Below, piece by piece: positions 19,226 to 29,095 of a stretch of 53,373 bases of DNA (the first letter of the stretch is position 1; the number at the start of each line of letters is the position of its first letter). The notes under the pieces were generated by a model. The model made no database searches, was not told the DNA's origin, and worked only from the letters and a program-made list of their open reading frames with translations. Position numbers and translations under genes: made by a program. This DNA is from Clostridiales bacterium (GTDB lineage: Bacteria; Bacillota; Clostridia; Oscillospirales; CAG-272). The stretch lies in the NCBI GenBank assembly GCA_024693345.1, contig JAILLB010000012.1:1-53373 (forward strand). Reading direction: 5' to 3'.

Positions 19226-20236
19226 TTAGCCCATCATTGATGAAAGACGCGGGGAAAGAGCCTCTTTGAAGAGTGCCAGGAAAATTACATCAGCATAATC
19301 GCGCTGGCCCTCAATGCTGTAGAAGTATTGATTGAGTTGGAACTTGGATGCGACGGGATGTGCTTCCTGTTCATCCTCGTGCATATAGCGCGAAGTCGTC
19401 TGGGCTCTTGCAGTGAGATTGTCACCTAAATAAATGTCATAGGAAATGGACACACCCTGCCCTTTTCCATATTGAATGTGAATCTTGTTAGCATCCAGAT
19501 ATTCGGTCATTTCCACGCCGTCAAATGTAAATCCCTCAGATACGGTAGTGTACTCGCTTCCTGCAGAGCTGACGTGTCCGACCTTATGTTCTGTCTCGGT
19601 TTGGCGCACGTGATCTGTAAATACATATGTATTTGCACCAACCGGATTCATTTTGGTCATCTTGCCCTCATAGAGCAAAGCGCGATTTTCGTCTTCCAGA
19701 TAAAAGCGGAGTTTGACATGTGTCTTTGTGTCCCAGGCAAAGAACATTTTTGTCGGTTCGCCGATTGTGCGACCGCTCTCAGTGATTACAGGTGCGGAGC
19801 CAATTTCTTTTTTCTTCTTGATTGAACGGATCATATTAACGATGTTCACAACTGCTATAACAGCACATACAGCTGCACCAGCAAACAAAAGTATAACAAT
19901 ATCTACTGATTTTTTTCCTTTGATTACAGAAGGATTGGCAGGATCGTAAAGAATCGTGATTTCTTTGCCTACTGAGTAACTGAATTCGAATATATTGAGC
20001 TGTACATGTTCATAACGATGCCCATCAATGGTATAGTCGACATATACCTCATGCGCCAGTTCTTCGTCTGGCGCAATATATTTAATTTCAGATATTGTAG
20101 CTGTCGTTTCAACGTAATTGTCTTTTTTGTTCGACATCATCAAAACACCAACGACAACCAGCAATACTGCCATAACAGCTGTAATGAGTGTTATCATAAT
20201 TCTGCGATAACGATTTCCTAATGTGTGTAGTTCCAT
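19226..20236 (-). CDS. DUF3592-like membrane protein with a C-terminal soluble (LURP-one/scramblase-like) region
   Basis: TM, then ETTATI...YVDYTIDG...GKEITILYDPANP, then TM (the DUF3592 pattern). Start at ATG 20236 after AAGGAG. Confidence 0.55.
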   Translation of the reverse strand: MELHTLGNRYRRIMITLITAVMAVLLVVVGVLMMSNKKDNYVETTATISEIKYIAPDEELAHEVYVDYTIDGHRYEHVQLNIFEFSYSVGKEITILYDPANPSVIKGKKSVDIVILLFAGAAVCAVIAVVNIVNMIRSIKKKKEIGSAPVITESGRTIGEPTKMFFAWDTKTHVKLRFYLEDENRALLYEGKMTKMNPVGANTYVFTDHVRQTETEHKVGHVSSAGSEYTTVSEGFTFDGVEMTEYLDANKIHIQYGKGQGVSISYDIYLGDNLTARAQTTSRYMHEDEQEAHPVASKFQLNQYFYSIEGQRDYADVIFLALFKEALSPRLSSMMG

Positions 20237-20394
20237 ATGCACTCCTTGATATGCTTTAAACTATACCCTAATTATATACGACCGAACACCTTTATACAAA
20301 TTGAAAAAACGTCAGATTTTTTGTGTAAATCTTACAAAATTATCTGTCCCTGACAAAAAAGCGAAAACAATATCATAATATTTTTCATGTTCTC

Positions 20395-20423
20395 TTGACA
20401 CTTGTTTTATACGCGTGTATAAT
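20395..20423 (+). promoter_or_regulatory. Consensus sigma-A promoter
   Basis: TTGACA(20395-20400)-N17-TATAAT(20418-20423). Confidence 0.8.
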
Positions 20424-20456
20424 TAACTCAAAGTGAAATGTCCAGGGGGCGATAAA

Positions 20457-20855
20457 ATGAAAAAATTACCGGATACAGAATATGAAGTAATGAAGGCAGT
20501 GTGGGATAATACACCGCCCGTTACAACCACCATGATTATGGAACAAATTGGTAATGAACACGGCTGGCCGGTACCGGCACTGATTACCATGCTTACACGT
20601 TTAAATGAAAAAGGATTTCTCTACTCTGAAAAGAAAGGCAAGATGAGATACTACTACCCGCTCATCAAGAAGCAGGACTATATCGAATTTGCCACAAGAG
20701 ATTTCATGCAGAAATACCACAATGATTCCTTTACAAGTTTCTACTCCACTTATTATGATGTCCGAATGATAAGCGATGAAGCACTTGACAAATTTGTCGC
20801 TTGGGTCAAGAACCGTCGCGGCGAATTCAGAAGATATCATTCGGATAATCAGTAA
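20457..20855 (+). CDS. BlaI/MecI/CopY family transcriptional regulator
   Basis: LPDTEYEVMKAVW...W...TMLTRLNEKGFL...YYYPLI. Start at ATG 20457. Confidence 0.85.
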   Translation: MKKLPDTEYEVMKAVWDNTPPVTTTMIMEQIGNEHGWPVPALITMLTRLNEKGFLYSEKKGKMRYYYPLIKKQDYIEFATRDFMQKYHNDSFTSFYSTYYDVRMISDEALDKFVAWVKNRRGEFRRYHSDNQ

Positions 20856-20867
20856 TAGGAGGCTCAT

Positions 20868-21773
20868 ATGACTCTAGTTATACTTGCAGCAGGAATGGGA
20901 AGCAGATTCGGCGGAACAAAACAGATAACTCCTCTTACGGAGAACAATGAATTTATCATCGACTTTACAGTTTACGATGCAGTTCAGGCTGGATTTGATA
21001 AAATAGTTTTTCTGATCCGCGAAGAGCACAAAGAAGCTTTTGACCAGACAATAACAAAGAGAATCAGACAGTCCGGAGTAAATGTTGAATACGCATTCCA
21101 GAGACCTGACCTTCCGGAAGGCTTTACATATCCGGACGGACGTGTTAAACCATGGGGCACCGCACATGCAGTTGCTTCTCTTGACAACGTTCATGACAAT
21201 TTCGGCGTAATGAATGCTGATGACTTTTACGGAAGAGAAACATTTGAAAAACTTGCAGCATTCTTAAAAGATGCAAAGGATACAGATAAATCTCACTATT
21301 GTCTTTTGGGTTACAACCTCAAAAACACATTGAGCGAAAACGGAACCGTTTCAAGAGGCATCTGTGCTGAAGATGAGAACGGAATGCTCACAACAATAGT
21401 TGAGAATACAAAGATTGAATCAAGAGGAGATCATGCAGTTAACGTCAATGAAGACGGCACCGAAACTTATCTGTCTCTCGATTCACTTACATCAATGAAC
21501 TGTTTTGGCTTCACTCCATCAGTCATTAAATATCTCAAGGACAACTTTGTTTCATTCCTGAAAGATAACCAGTCTAACCTTGTTAAATGTGAATATCTCC
21601 TTCCGACAACAGTTCAAAAGCTGATTAATCAGAACAAGTGCGATGTCAAAGTAATACCGACAAATGCAAAGTGGAAAGGTGTCACATACAGAGAAGACAG
21701 CGAGAGTTTCACTCAGTTTATAATCCAGCAGAGAAAAGAAGGGCTCTATCCTTCAAAACTCTGGAAAGATTAA
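20868..21773 (+). CDS. Sugar-phosphate nucleotidyltransferase family protein
   Basis: ILAAGMGSRFGG.KQ, KPWGTAHA, NADDFYG, GVTYRED. Confidence 0.8.
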   Translation: MTLVILAAGMGSRFGGTKQITPLTENNEFIIDFTVYDAVQAGFDKIVFLIREEHKEAFDQTITKRIRQSGVNVEYAFQRPDLPEGFTYPDGRVKPWGTAHAVASLDNVHDNFGVMNADDFYGRETFEKLAAFLKDAKDTDKSHYCLLGYNLKNTLSENGTVSRGICAEDENGMLTTIVENTKIESRGDHAVNVNEDGTETYLSLDSLTSMNCFGFTPSVIKYLKDNFVSFLKDNQSNLVKCEYLLPTTVQKLINQNKCDVKVIPTNAKWKGVTYREDSESFTQFIIQQRKEGLYPSKLWKD

Positions 21774-21786
21774 CCGAAATAAAATC

Positions 21787-21819
21787 GGGAAGCGATTTCA
21801 ATTCGCTTCCCTCTTTTTT
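21787..21819. terminator. Intrinsic terminator
   Basis: GGGAAGCGA-N7-TCGCTTCCC followed by a T-run. Confidence 0.8.
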
Positions 21820-21845
21820 GTCTATTCTTTGTTTGCGTTGTCTGA

Positions 21846-23201
21846 TTATTCAATTTCACGTTCTCTTTTCTTTGCAGGACGCATTATCAAAAGTGCTGCA
21901 ACAGTTGCCACCGCTGTCATCGTCAAAGAAATCGGATATACCAGTGCTATCGATGAATATGTATTGTACGCCGGGAACACGAACAGAATCCAAATTATTC
22001 TGAATACGCATATGCACAATATTGCAATGATTGCGGGAACCAATGAGTGACCAAAGCCTCTGAGATATCCCGAACACGAATCTTGAACAAGACTGCATGG
22101 ATATGACAAAAGTATAAAGTACATACCTATCCGAGCATATTCCCATACCGCCGGGTCTTTATTGAATATTGCAAAAAGACTATCTGAAAACAGCATAAGA
22201 AGTGAAGCCACAACAACAAGCACTATCATCCCTATTCCAAGAGATAGATATAGGCTCTTTCTGCACCTCTTCATGTTTCCGGCTCCGTTGTTTTGGCCTG
22301 TAAATGTTGTGGATGCCTGACCGAATGAGCTGAGAGCAAACCACGCAAATGCGGTAATGTTGTTTGCAGTCGAAGCACCTGCCATGGCAATTGCACCGAG
22401 AGAATTTGTGCCCGTCTGAAGAATAATATTGGCAACAGAATACATGCACGACTGAATGCTCGACGGAACACCTATCTTTATAATTGCCCACATTGTTTTT
22501 ACATCTATGCGTATCTTTTTGAATGTAACCCTGACTATTTGTTTTGTATTCAAAAGGATTATAAACAAAACGATTGTGCTGAGTGAGTTGGATATAATGG
22601 TTGCAATTGCAACTCCTTCAACCTTCATCCCTATAACTACCACAAAGAGAACATTCAGTACAACATTGAGCAAGCCGGATATTGCAAGCACGATAAGAGG
22701 AGTTTTTGAATCCCCGTTGCTTCTGAAGATTGCGGCTTCAAAGTTGTAGACAAAGAACATGGGCATTCCAAGAATGTATATTCTGAGATACGTGAGGGCC
22801 ATATCAAAAACTTCATCCGGAATGTTTAGAAGTGACAATATAGGCTTTGAAAATACTTCTCCTAGCACCATGACAATAAGCCCGCCGATAAGCGACATAA
22901 GAATAGATGTGTGAACACCTTTGCTTATTGCTTCCTTGTCTCCTCTTCCGATTGCAGTCGATACAACAACATTTGTACCTATGGCCATACCCATGAACAT
23001 ATTGATCAATAGCGTTATTAGAGGAGCATTGCTTCCGACTGCAGCCTGAGCTTCTGTTCCAACAAAATTGCCTACTATAGCCATGTCTGCCGAGTTGAAG
23101 AGCTGCTGAAGAATACCGGTTAAAGCTATCGGAAGTGCAAACAGCAATATTTTGTCCCATAAGGACCCAATTGTAAGATTTTTACTTCTTGCAACTGCCA
23201 T
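21846..23201 (-). CDS. MATE family efflux transporter
   Basis: FALPIALTGILQQLFNSADMAIVG, GDSKTPL, 12-TM hydrophobic pattern. Confidence 0.9.
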   Translation of the reverse strand: MAVARSKNLTIGSLWDKILLFALPIALTGILQQLFNSADMAIVGNFVGTEAQAAVGSNAPLITLLINMFMGMAIGTNVVVSTAIGRGDKEAISKGVHTSILMSLIGGLIVMVLGEVFSKPILSLLNIPDEVFDMALTYLRIYILGMPMFFVYNFEAAIFRSNGDSKTPLIVLAISGLLNVVLNVLFVVVIGMKVEGVAIATIISNSLSTIVLFIILLNTKQIVRVTFKKIRIDVKTMWAIIKIGVPSSIQSCMYSVANIILQTGTNSLGAIAMAGASTANNITAFAWFALSSFGQASTTFTGQNNGAGNMKRCRKSLYLSLGIGMIVLVVVASLLMLFSDSLFAIFNKDPAVWEYARIGMYFILLSYPCSLVQDSCSGYLRGFGHSLVPAIIAILCICVFRIIWILFVFPAYNTYSSIALVYPISLTMTAVATVAALLIMRPAKKREREIE

Positions 23202-23254
23202 ATCACACCTCCAAAATTAATGGTGCAGATTGTTTTGACTGCACCACCCTTACC

Positions 23255-24634
23255 TTAACATATTTTAATGGATTTTTTTATAAAGTCAATCTGTTTTTTG
23301 ACTTGTTCGGAACTTGTTCCGCCTTCCGAATTTCTTGAATTGACACAATTGGATAAATCTATCGATTCATATATATCTTCTTCAAATAATTCAGACATTT
23401 TCTTGTATTCTTCAAGTGTTACTTCATCAAGCACCTTTCCATTGCCTTCACAATAAGTAACTAGCTGTCCGGACAACTTGTATGCATCCCTGAAAGGCAT
23501 TCCTTTTTTTGTCAGATAGTCAGCAACATCTGTTGCATTTATGAATCCTTTTTTAGCTGCAGAAAGCATCTTGTCTTTCTGCGTTTTCATTGTTTTAACC
23601 ATTGGAGCAAAAACGTCAAGACATCCAGTAACGGTTTCAATTGCATCAAATATGCTCTCTTTGTCTTCCTGAAGATCTTTGTTATATGCAAGCGGAAGTC
23701 CTTTCAATACTGTAAGCATGGCAAACAGATCTCCGTATACCCTTCCGGTCTTTCCTCTCACGAGTTCAGCCATATCCGGATTCTTCTTTTGAGGCATAAT
23801 ACTGGAGCCTGTAGTAAATCCGTCATCGAGTTTAACAAAACCGAATTCCCAGCTTGACCACATTATTATTTCTTCTGACAACCTTGACATGTGCATCATA
23901 AGAACAGAATATGCACTTAACAGTTCAACACAATAGTCCCTGTCGGAAACAGCATCTTCCGCATTCATGCTTATGCCGTCAAAACCAAGTTCTTTTGCGG
24001 TGAATTCCCTGTCGGTATCATAACCGGTTCCGGCCAGTGCACAAGATCCCAGAGGAGAATAATTCATTCTCTTAACAGCGTCAGTGAGTCTGTCCTTATC
24101 GCGCAAAAACATCATGCAATAAGCACACATGTGAAAAGCAAATGAAATAGGCTGTGCCCTTTGAAGATGCGTGTATCCCGGCATAATTGCATCGAGATTA
24201 TTCTCGGCCTGGAACACAAGAGCATCTATTAGACTTACAGTCATTTTTATTATATCAGCAGTTTTGTCCTTGAGATATAGCTTTAAATCAGTTGCGACCT
24301 GATCGTTTCTACTCCTTGCGGTGTGCAGCTTCTTTCCAGTCTCACCAATTCTGGATATAAGCTCTGTTTCAACAAATGTATGAATGTCTTCGCAGCTGAA
24401 ATCTATATTAAGTGTTCCGGATTTCAAATCCTCGAGTATTTCAATTAGTCCGTCGGATATTTTCGAATAATCATCTGCACTGATTATGCCCTGTTTTTTA
24501 AGCATCAAAACGTGTGCAAGAGACCCCTTTATATCCTGCTCATACATTTTTGAATCAAATCCTATTGATGAATTGAAGTCGTCTGCAACCTTGTTTGTGT
24601 TTGCGTCTGTCCTTCCTGCCCAAAGTTTTACCAT
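23255..24634 (-). CDS. argH: Argininosuccinate lyase
   Basis: [45 protein letters not shown]. Confidence 0.97.
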   Translation of the reverse strand: MVKLWAGRTDANTNKVADDFNSSIGFDSKMYEQDIKGSLAHVLMLKKQGIISADDYSKISDGLIEILEDLKSGTLNIDFSCEDIHTFVETELISRIGETGKKLHTARSRNDQVATDLKLYLKDKTADIIKMTVSLIDALVFQAENNLDAIMPGYTHLQRAQPISFAFHMCAYCMMFLRDKDRLTDAVKRMNYSPLGSCALAGTGYDTDREFTAKELGFDGISMNAEDAVSDRDYCVELLSAYSVLMMHMSRLSEEIIMWSSWEFGFVKLDDGFTTGSSIMPQKKNPDMAELVRGKTGRVYGDLFAMLTVLKGLPLAYNKDLQEDKESIFDAIETVTGCLDVFAPMVKTMKTQKDKMLSAAKKGFINATDVADYLTKKGMPFRDAYKLSGQLVTYCEGNGKVLDEVTLEEYKKMSELFEEDIYESIDLSNCVNSRNSEGGTSSEQVKKQIDFIKKSIKIC

Positions 24635-25875
24635 TTTTGTTTCAAACCCTTCTTGGCCAATTTTTCATTTAGTTTCGCTTTGACTTTAATCGGAAGTCCG
24701 TATAGGGAGATGAACCCTGCTGCGTCTGCCTGGTTGTAGACATTGTCTTCACCGAATGTCGCAATTTCTTCGTCATAAAGCGTGTAGTCCGACCACACTC
24801 CAGCCTTGATTATATTACCCTTGTACAGCTTCAGTTTCACTTTTCCTGTCACAACTTCCTGCGTCTTGTCGACAAATGCCGAAAGTGCTTCTCTCAGAGG
24901 AGTAAACCATTGTCCGTTGTACACGAGATCAGCAAATGTAAGTGCAAGTTCCTCTTTTTTGTGGAATGTCATCTTGTCTAGACATACTGTCTCAAGATAA
25001 TTGTGAGCAAAATACAGTATTTCGCCACCAGGTGTCTCGTATACACCCCTGCACTTCATTCCGACAAGTCTGTTTTCCACTATGTCCAGTAGACCTATTC
25101 CATTCTTTCCTCCGACTTCGTTCAAAGCGAGGATTATATCCTTTGCACTCATCTTTTTGTCATTGAATGCAACCGGAACCCCTTTTTCAAATTCTATTGA
25201 AATGTATTCCGGCTTATCCGGCGCATCAATCGGGGAAACTCCCATTTCAAGAAATCCATTTTTCTCGTATTGCGGTTCATTGCCCGCATCTTCAAGGTCA
25301 AGTCCTTCATGGCTCAGATGCCACAGGTTCTTATCTTTAGAATAGTTTGTCTCTCTGCTTATTTTGAGGGGGACATTATGTGCCTCCGCGTAGTCTATTT
25401 CTTCTTCACGTGACTTTATGTTCCACTCTCTCCACGGAGCTATTATGGGCATATCCGGAGCAAATGCCTTGACAGCCAATTCAAATCTTACCTGGTCGTT
25501 TCCTTTTCCGGTACAGCCGTGAACAATTGCGTCCGCTCCCTCTTTTATTGCTATTTCTGCAAGGTGTTTTCCTATTACAGGTCTGGCCAGTGATGTACCG
25601 AGCATGTATGATTCATATTTTGCACCCGCTTTTACGGCAGGCACTATACATTCATTCACAAATTCATCGGTTAGATCCAGAATGTAAAGCTTTGATGCGC
25701 CTGTCTTAATTGCCTTTTCTTCAAGCCCCTCAAGTTCGTCAGCCTGTCCCACGTTACCGGATACTGCTATAATCTCGGGATTGTTGTAGTTTTCTTTCAG
25801 CCACGGGATTATGATGCTGGTATCGAGGCCTCCTGAATAAGCAAGTACAACCTTCTTTATTTTTGTTTTATCCAT
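24628..25875 (-). CDS. argG: Argininosuccinate synthase
   Basis: [49 protein letters not shown]. Confidence 0.97.
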   Translation of the reverse strand: MDKTKIKKVVLAYSGGLDTSIIIPWLKENYNNPEIIAVSGNVGQADELEGLEEKAIKTGASKLYILDLTDEFVNECIVPAVKAGAKYESYMLGTSLARPVIGKHLAEIAIKEGADAIVHGCTGKGNDQVRFELAVKAFAPDMPIIAPWREWNIKSREEEIDYAEAHNVPLKISRETNYSKDKNLWHLSHEGLDLEDAGNEPQYEKNGFLEMGVSPIDAPDKPEYISIEFEKGVPVAFNDKKMSAKDIILALNEVGGKNGIGLLDIVENRLVGMKCRGVYETPGGEILYFAHNYLETVCLDKMTFHKKEELALTFADLVYNGQWFTPLREALSAFVDKTQEVVTGKVKLKLYKGNIIKAGVWSDYTLYDEEIATFGEDNVYNQADAAGFISLYGLPIKVKAKLNEKLAKKGLKQKW

Positions 25876-25926
25876 ATACTATTACCTCTGTGTGTTTTTT
25901 TCGTTGTCACCCATATTAGCACGCTC

Positions 25927-25962
25927 TGTATAAATATGCAACATCTTTTTTATATTTATACA
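25927..25962. promoter_or_regulatory. Candidate ARG boxes (ArgR/AhrC operator) upstream of argG
   Basis: TGTATAAATATGCA(25927-25940) and TTTATATTTATACA(25949-25962), both resembling TGAATAAATATTCA. Confidence 0.5.
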
Positions 25963-26025
25963 AAAATATTCATTTATTCACCGATTTATGCATAATTGGT
26001 GTATTTGTTTTTTGCTCTCACAATG

Positions 26026-26054
26026 TTGAAAATGCCTCTATTTTGTGGTAAAAT
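26026..26054 (+). promoter_or_regulatory. Sigma-A promoter of the potassium uptake operon
   Basis: TTGAAA-N17-TAAAAT with a TGn extension. Confidence 0.65.
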
Positions 26055-26080
26055 TTTTGTGTAAATGATTTGGAGGAAAT

Positions 26081-27445
26081 ATGGAAAAGCAACACAGAAA
26101 ATTCAGACTTTCTGCTGTTCAGATCATGGTACTTGGGTTTATAGCAATCATACTTCTGGGTGCATTTATCCTGACCTTGCCTATATCGGTAAGTAATCCG
26201 GATGCTTTGCCCGAAGGCAGAACTCCGTTTATAGATGCGCTGTTCACGGCAACAAGTGCCACCTGCGTAACGGGACTGGTTGTTTATGACACATTCTCTT
26301 ACTGGTCTGAATTTGGTCAATTCATTATTCTTTTATTGATTCAAGTCGGCGGATTGGGCTTTATTACGGTTCTTTCAATGTTCACAATATTCTCTGAAAA
26401 GAGAAACCTTTCTCTGAGAGAGAGAGCTCTGTTGATGCAGACATCGGGGAGCGCAACTCTTTCAAATACGAGAGAACTCATCCGAACAATCCTGAAAGGA
26501 ACCGGTATAGTTGAAGGAGCAGGTGCAATACTGCTGTCCATAAGATTCATTCCCGAATTCGGATTCTGGAAAGGTATCTATTACGGCATATTCCACTCAA
26601 TTTCTGCATTCTGCAACGCAGGGTTCGACCTTATGGGAACAAAGATTCCCGGGTCTTCCCTTACAACATATTCAAATGATCCTTATGTGTGCATTGTAAT
26701 TTCCCTGCTCATAATACTGGGCGGAATAAGTTTCCTTGTATGGAGAGATTTCATCAAGCACAAGTTCCACTTCAAAAAGTATTCTCTGTTTTCAAAACTC
26801 GTTCTTGTAATAACTCTGTTCCTTATAACCGCAGGCTGGATAGTGTTCTTCTTCACTGAAGCAGATGCATCAATGAAAGATATGACCATATGGGAAAGAT
26901 TACTGAATTCATTCTTCCAGTCAGTGACGACAAGAACGGCAGGATTCGCTGCAGTTGATCAGGCAGCTCTTTCGCCTGCAGGTACTGGAGCTTCTCTGTT
27001 TTTGATGTTCATAGGGGGCAGTTCGGGATCAACGGCCGGAGGTATTAAAACAATCACTTTTGCAGTTATTCTTCTGAGTACTCTTTCCATTGTTCAGAAC
27101 AAGGTAGGAGTTCACGCGTTCAAAAAGCGCATTGATGATATAACAGTCAAGAGAGCTTTTTCAATCGTTGTTCTTTATGTCGGCGGAATACTGCTGTCCA
27201 CAATCCTCATATGCAGTTTTGACAGCATTTCTCTGACAGACGGACTTTATGAGACAGTATCCGCAATGGCAACTGTCGGATTGACAAAAGGCATTACTTC
27301 TGTTCTTGGAATGGGATCGAAAATAGTGCTGACCTGTCTGATGTTCACCGGACGAATAGGCGGACTATCCTTCGCTTATGCACTGCTTGAAAACAAACAA
27401 CCATTGGATTTGACAAGACCTGTAGAAAAAATAATAGTGGGGTAA
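26081..27445 (+). CDS. TrkH/KtrB potassium uptake membrane subunit
   Basis: FTATSATCVTGL, SAFCNAGF, TTRTAGF, FIGGSSGSTAGGIK, ATVGL pore loops. Confidence 0.92.
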   Translation: MEKQHRKFRLSAVQIMVLGFIAIILLGAFILTLPISVSNPDALPEGRTPFIDALFTATSATCVTGLVVYDTFSYWSEFGQFIILLLIQVGGLGFITVLSMFTIFSEKRNLSLRERALLMQTSGSATLSNTRELIRTILKGTGIVEGAGAILLSIRFIPEFGFWKGIYYGIFHSISAFCNAGFDLMGTKIPGSSLTTYSNDPYVCIVISLLIILGGISFLVWRDFIKHKFHFKKYSLFSKLVLVITLFLITAGWIVFFFTEADASMKDMTIWERLLNSFFQSVTTRTAGFAAVDQAALSPAGTGASLFLMFIGGSSGSTAGGIKTITFAVILLSTLSIVQNKVGVHAFKKRIDDITVKRAFSIVVLYVGGILLSTILICSFDSISLTDGLYETVSAMATVGLTKGITSVLGMGSKIVLTCLMFTGRIGGLSFAYALLENKQPLDLTRPVEKIIVG

Positions 27446-27449
27446 AGAT

Positions 27450-28103
27450 ATGGGAAAAAGTATTTTAGTAATTGGAATGAGCCGATTCGGACGTCATCTT
27501 GCAAAGAGACTTGCTGACCTCGGAAACGACGTAATGATTGTCGACAAGAATGAAGAAATTATAAACAAATACGGAAGCTCGTTTACGGATGCCCTCTGTG
27601 GCGACTGCACGAGCGAAGACGTTATCAAAGCTCTCGGAGTAGAGAGTTTTGACATCTGTTTTGTGGCTATAGGAGACGATTTCCAGTCGTCACTGGTAAT
27701 AACAGCCCTTTTGAAAGAATACGGAGCCAAACTCACCGTAACTAAAGCAAAACAGGATATTCAGGAAGATTTGCTTAAGCGAATCGGTGCAGATGAAGTT
27801 GTATATCCCGACAAGGAAATGGCTGAAAAAGTTGCAAGAAAATTCAATGCAAAGAACGTGTTCGACTATATCGAGCTGACTGATGAATACTCAGTATACG
27901 AAATGGCAATAATGCCCGAATGGGAAGGAAAATCCATTAATGAACTGAACATTCGCCAGAAATACAAATTCAACATAATTGCGATCAAAGCCGGTACGTA
28001 TCTGAATCCTATTCCGGGTGCCGATTATATTTTCAGAGGCGATGACCACATTATAGTAATCGGAAAGAATTCAGACGTAGTAAAGGTTGCCAAGAGAACC
28101 TGA
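27450..28103 (+). CDS. TrkA/KtrA potassium uptake RCK subunit
   Basis: VIGMSRFG Rossmann/RCK_N motif and a C-terminal RCK_C domain. Confidence 0.9.
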   Translation: MGKSILVIGMSRFGRHLAKRLADLGNDVMIVDKNEEIINKYGSSFTDALCGDCTSEDVIKALGVESFDICFVAIGDDFQSSLVITALLKEYGAKLTVTKAKQDIQEDLLKRIGADEVVYPDKEMAEKVARKFNAKNVFDYIELTDEYSVYEMAIMPEWEGKSINELNIRQKYKFNIIAIKAGTYLNPIPGADYIFRGDDHIIVIGKNSDVVKVAKRT

Positions 28104-28127
28104 TACATCTCTTCTGTATAAATTATT

Positions 28128-28157
28128 CAAGCCGCATTTTAGTGCGGCTTGTTTTTA
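28128..28157 (+). terminator. Intrinsic terminator
   Basis: CAAGCCGCA-TTTTAG-TGCGGCTTG followed by TTTTT. Confidence 0.8.
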
Positions 28158-28183
28158 TACTCACCGGGATTTGCCTGCAAGTG

Positions 28184-28212
28184 TTGACCAGACACTAATG
28201 TTAACGTATAAT
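28184..28212 (+). promoter_or_regulatory. Sigma-A promoter of the acyltransferase gene
   Basis: TTGACC(28184-28189)-N17-TATAAT(28207-28212). Confidence 0.7.
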
Positions 28213-28262
28213 ATCTACAGTGCGAAATTGTCCAGAAAAATCTTTTGAACAGGAGCCTCGTA

Positions 28263-29090
28263 ATGTTCGATCCGAAAACAAAAAAGTACCCCTATACTCA
28301 GTATACAAATCAGCACTATCTCGTTGTCAAAAAGGACAGAGGTATTGTATTTGACAGCAATTATCCGTATATAGACCACTCAAAATGGTTCAGATTCAAA
28401 CAGGCATTGAGCCGCATTCTGCTGAATGTTTTGGCATTCCCGGTTGCAACAATAAGGCTGGGATTGATAATCAAGGGAAGAAAGATAATTAAAGAAAATA
28501 AAGAATTGTTAAAAAAAGGCGCAATTTCCTGCGCCAACCATGTCCATATGTGGGATTATATCTGTCTGATGAAAGCAATCAGACCTTTCCACTCCTATAT
28601 ATTGGTGTGGGACAAAAACATCAACGGTGAAAACGGAACAATGATGCGACTTGTGGGAGGAATTCCCATTCCTGAAGGTAACATCAGAGCATCCGTTAAA
28701 TTTACACAAGAAGTTGATGAACTTGTGCAAAACGGAGGATGGCTGCACATATATCCAGAAGGAAGCATGTGGGAATACTATGCTCCAATCAGACCTTTTA
28801 AAAGCGGGATTGGATACTGTGCTGTCAGAAACAATAAACCCATATTGCCAATGGCATTTTCATACAGAGAACCGGGATGGATTAGAAAACACATATTCAA
28901 GCAGATTGCATGCTTTACTCTATCTATAGGCAATCCCATCCTTCCGGATATGTCACTTGACAAAAAGGACCGTGAACATGACTTGCTGGTGCGTAGCCAT
29001 GACGCAGTTTGCCAATTAGCCGGAATAGATCCCAAAGAAAACATATACCCGCCCGTGTTTGACAACACAGAACGGGTAGATTACTATTGA
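28263..29090 (+). CDS. Lysophospholipid acyltransferase (PlsC-like) family protein
   Basis: NHVHMWD (HX4D) and IYPEGS motifs. Start at ATG 28263 after AGGAG. Confidence 0.8.
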   Translation: MFDPKTKKYPYTQYTNQHYLVVKKDRGIVFDSNYPYIDHSKWFRFKQALSRILLNVLAFPVATIRLGLIIKGRKIIKENKELLKKGAISCANHVHMWDYICLMKAIRPFHSYILVWDKNINGENGTMMRLVGGIPIPEGNIRASVKFTQEVDELVQNGGWLHIYPEGSMWEYYAPIRPFKSGIGYCAVRNNKPILPMAFSYREPGWIRKHIFKQIACFTLSIGNPILPDMSLDKKDREHDLLVRSHDAVCQLAGIDPKENIYPPVFDNTERVDYY

Positions 29091-29095
29091 GTTTT

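Noticed and set aside
20324-20336. TGTAA-N3-TTACA as a BlaI operator
   Set aside because: The half-sites are in the reverse order to the known TACA...TGTA operators, and the site lies about 60 bp upstream of the -35 box.
26055-26080. c-di-AMP riboswitch upstream of the K+ uptake genes
   Set aside because: Only about 25 nt separate the promoter and the start codon.
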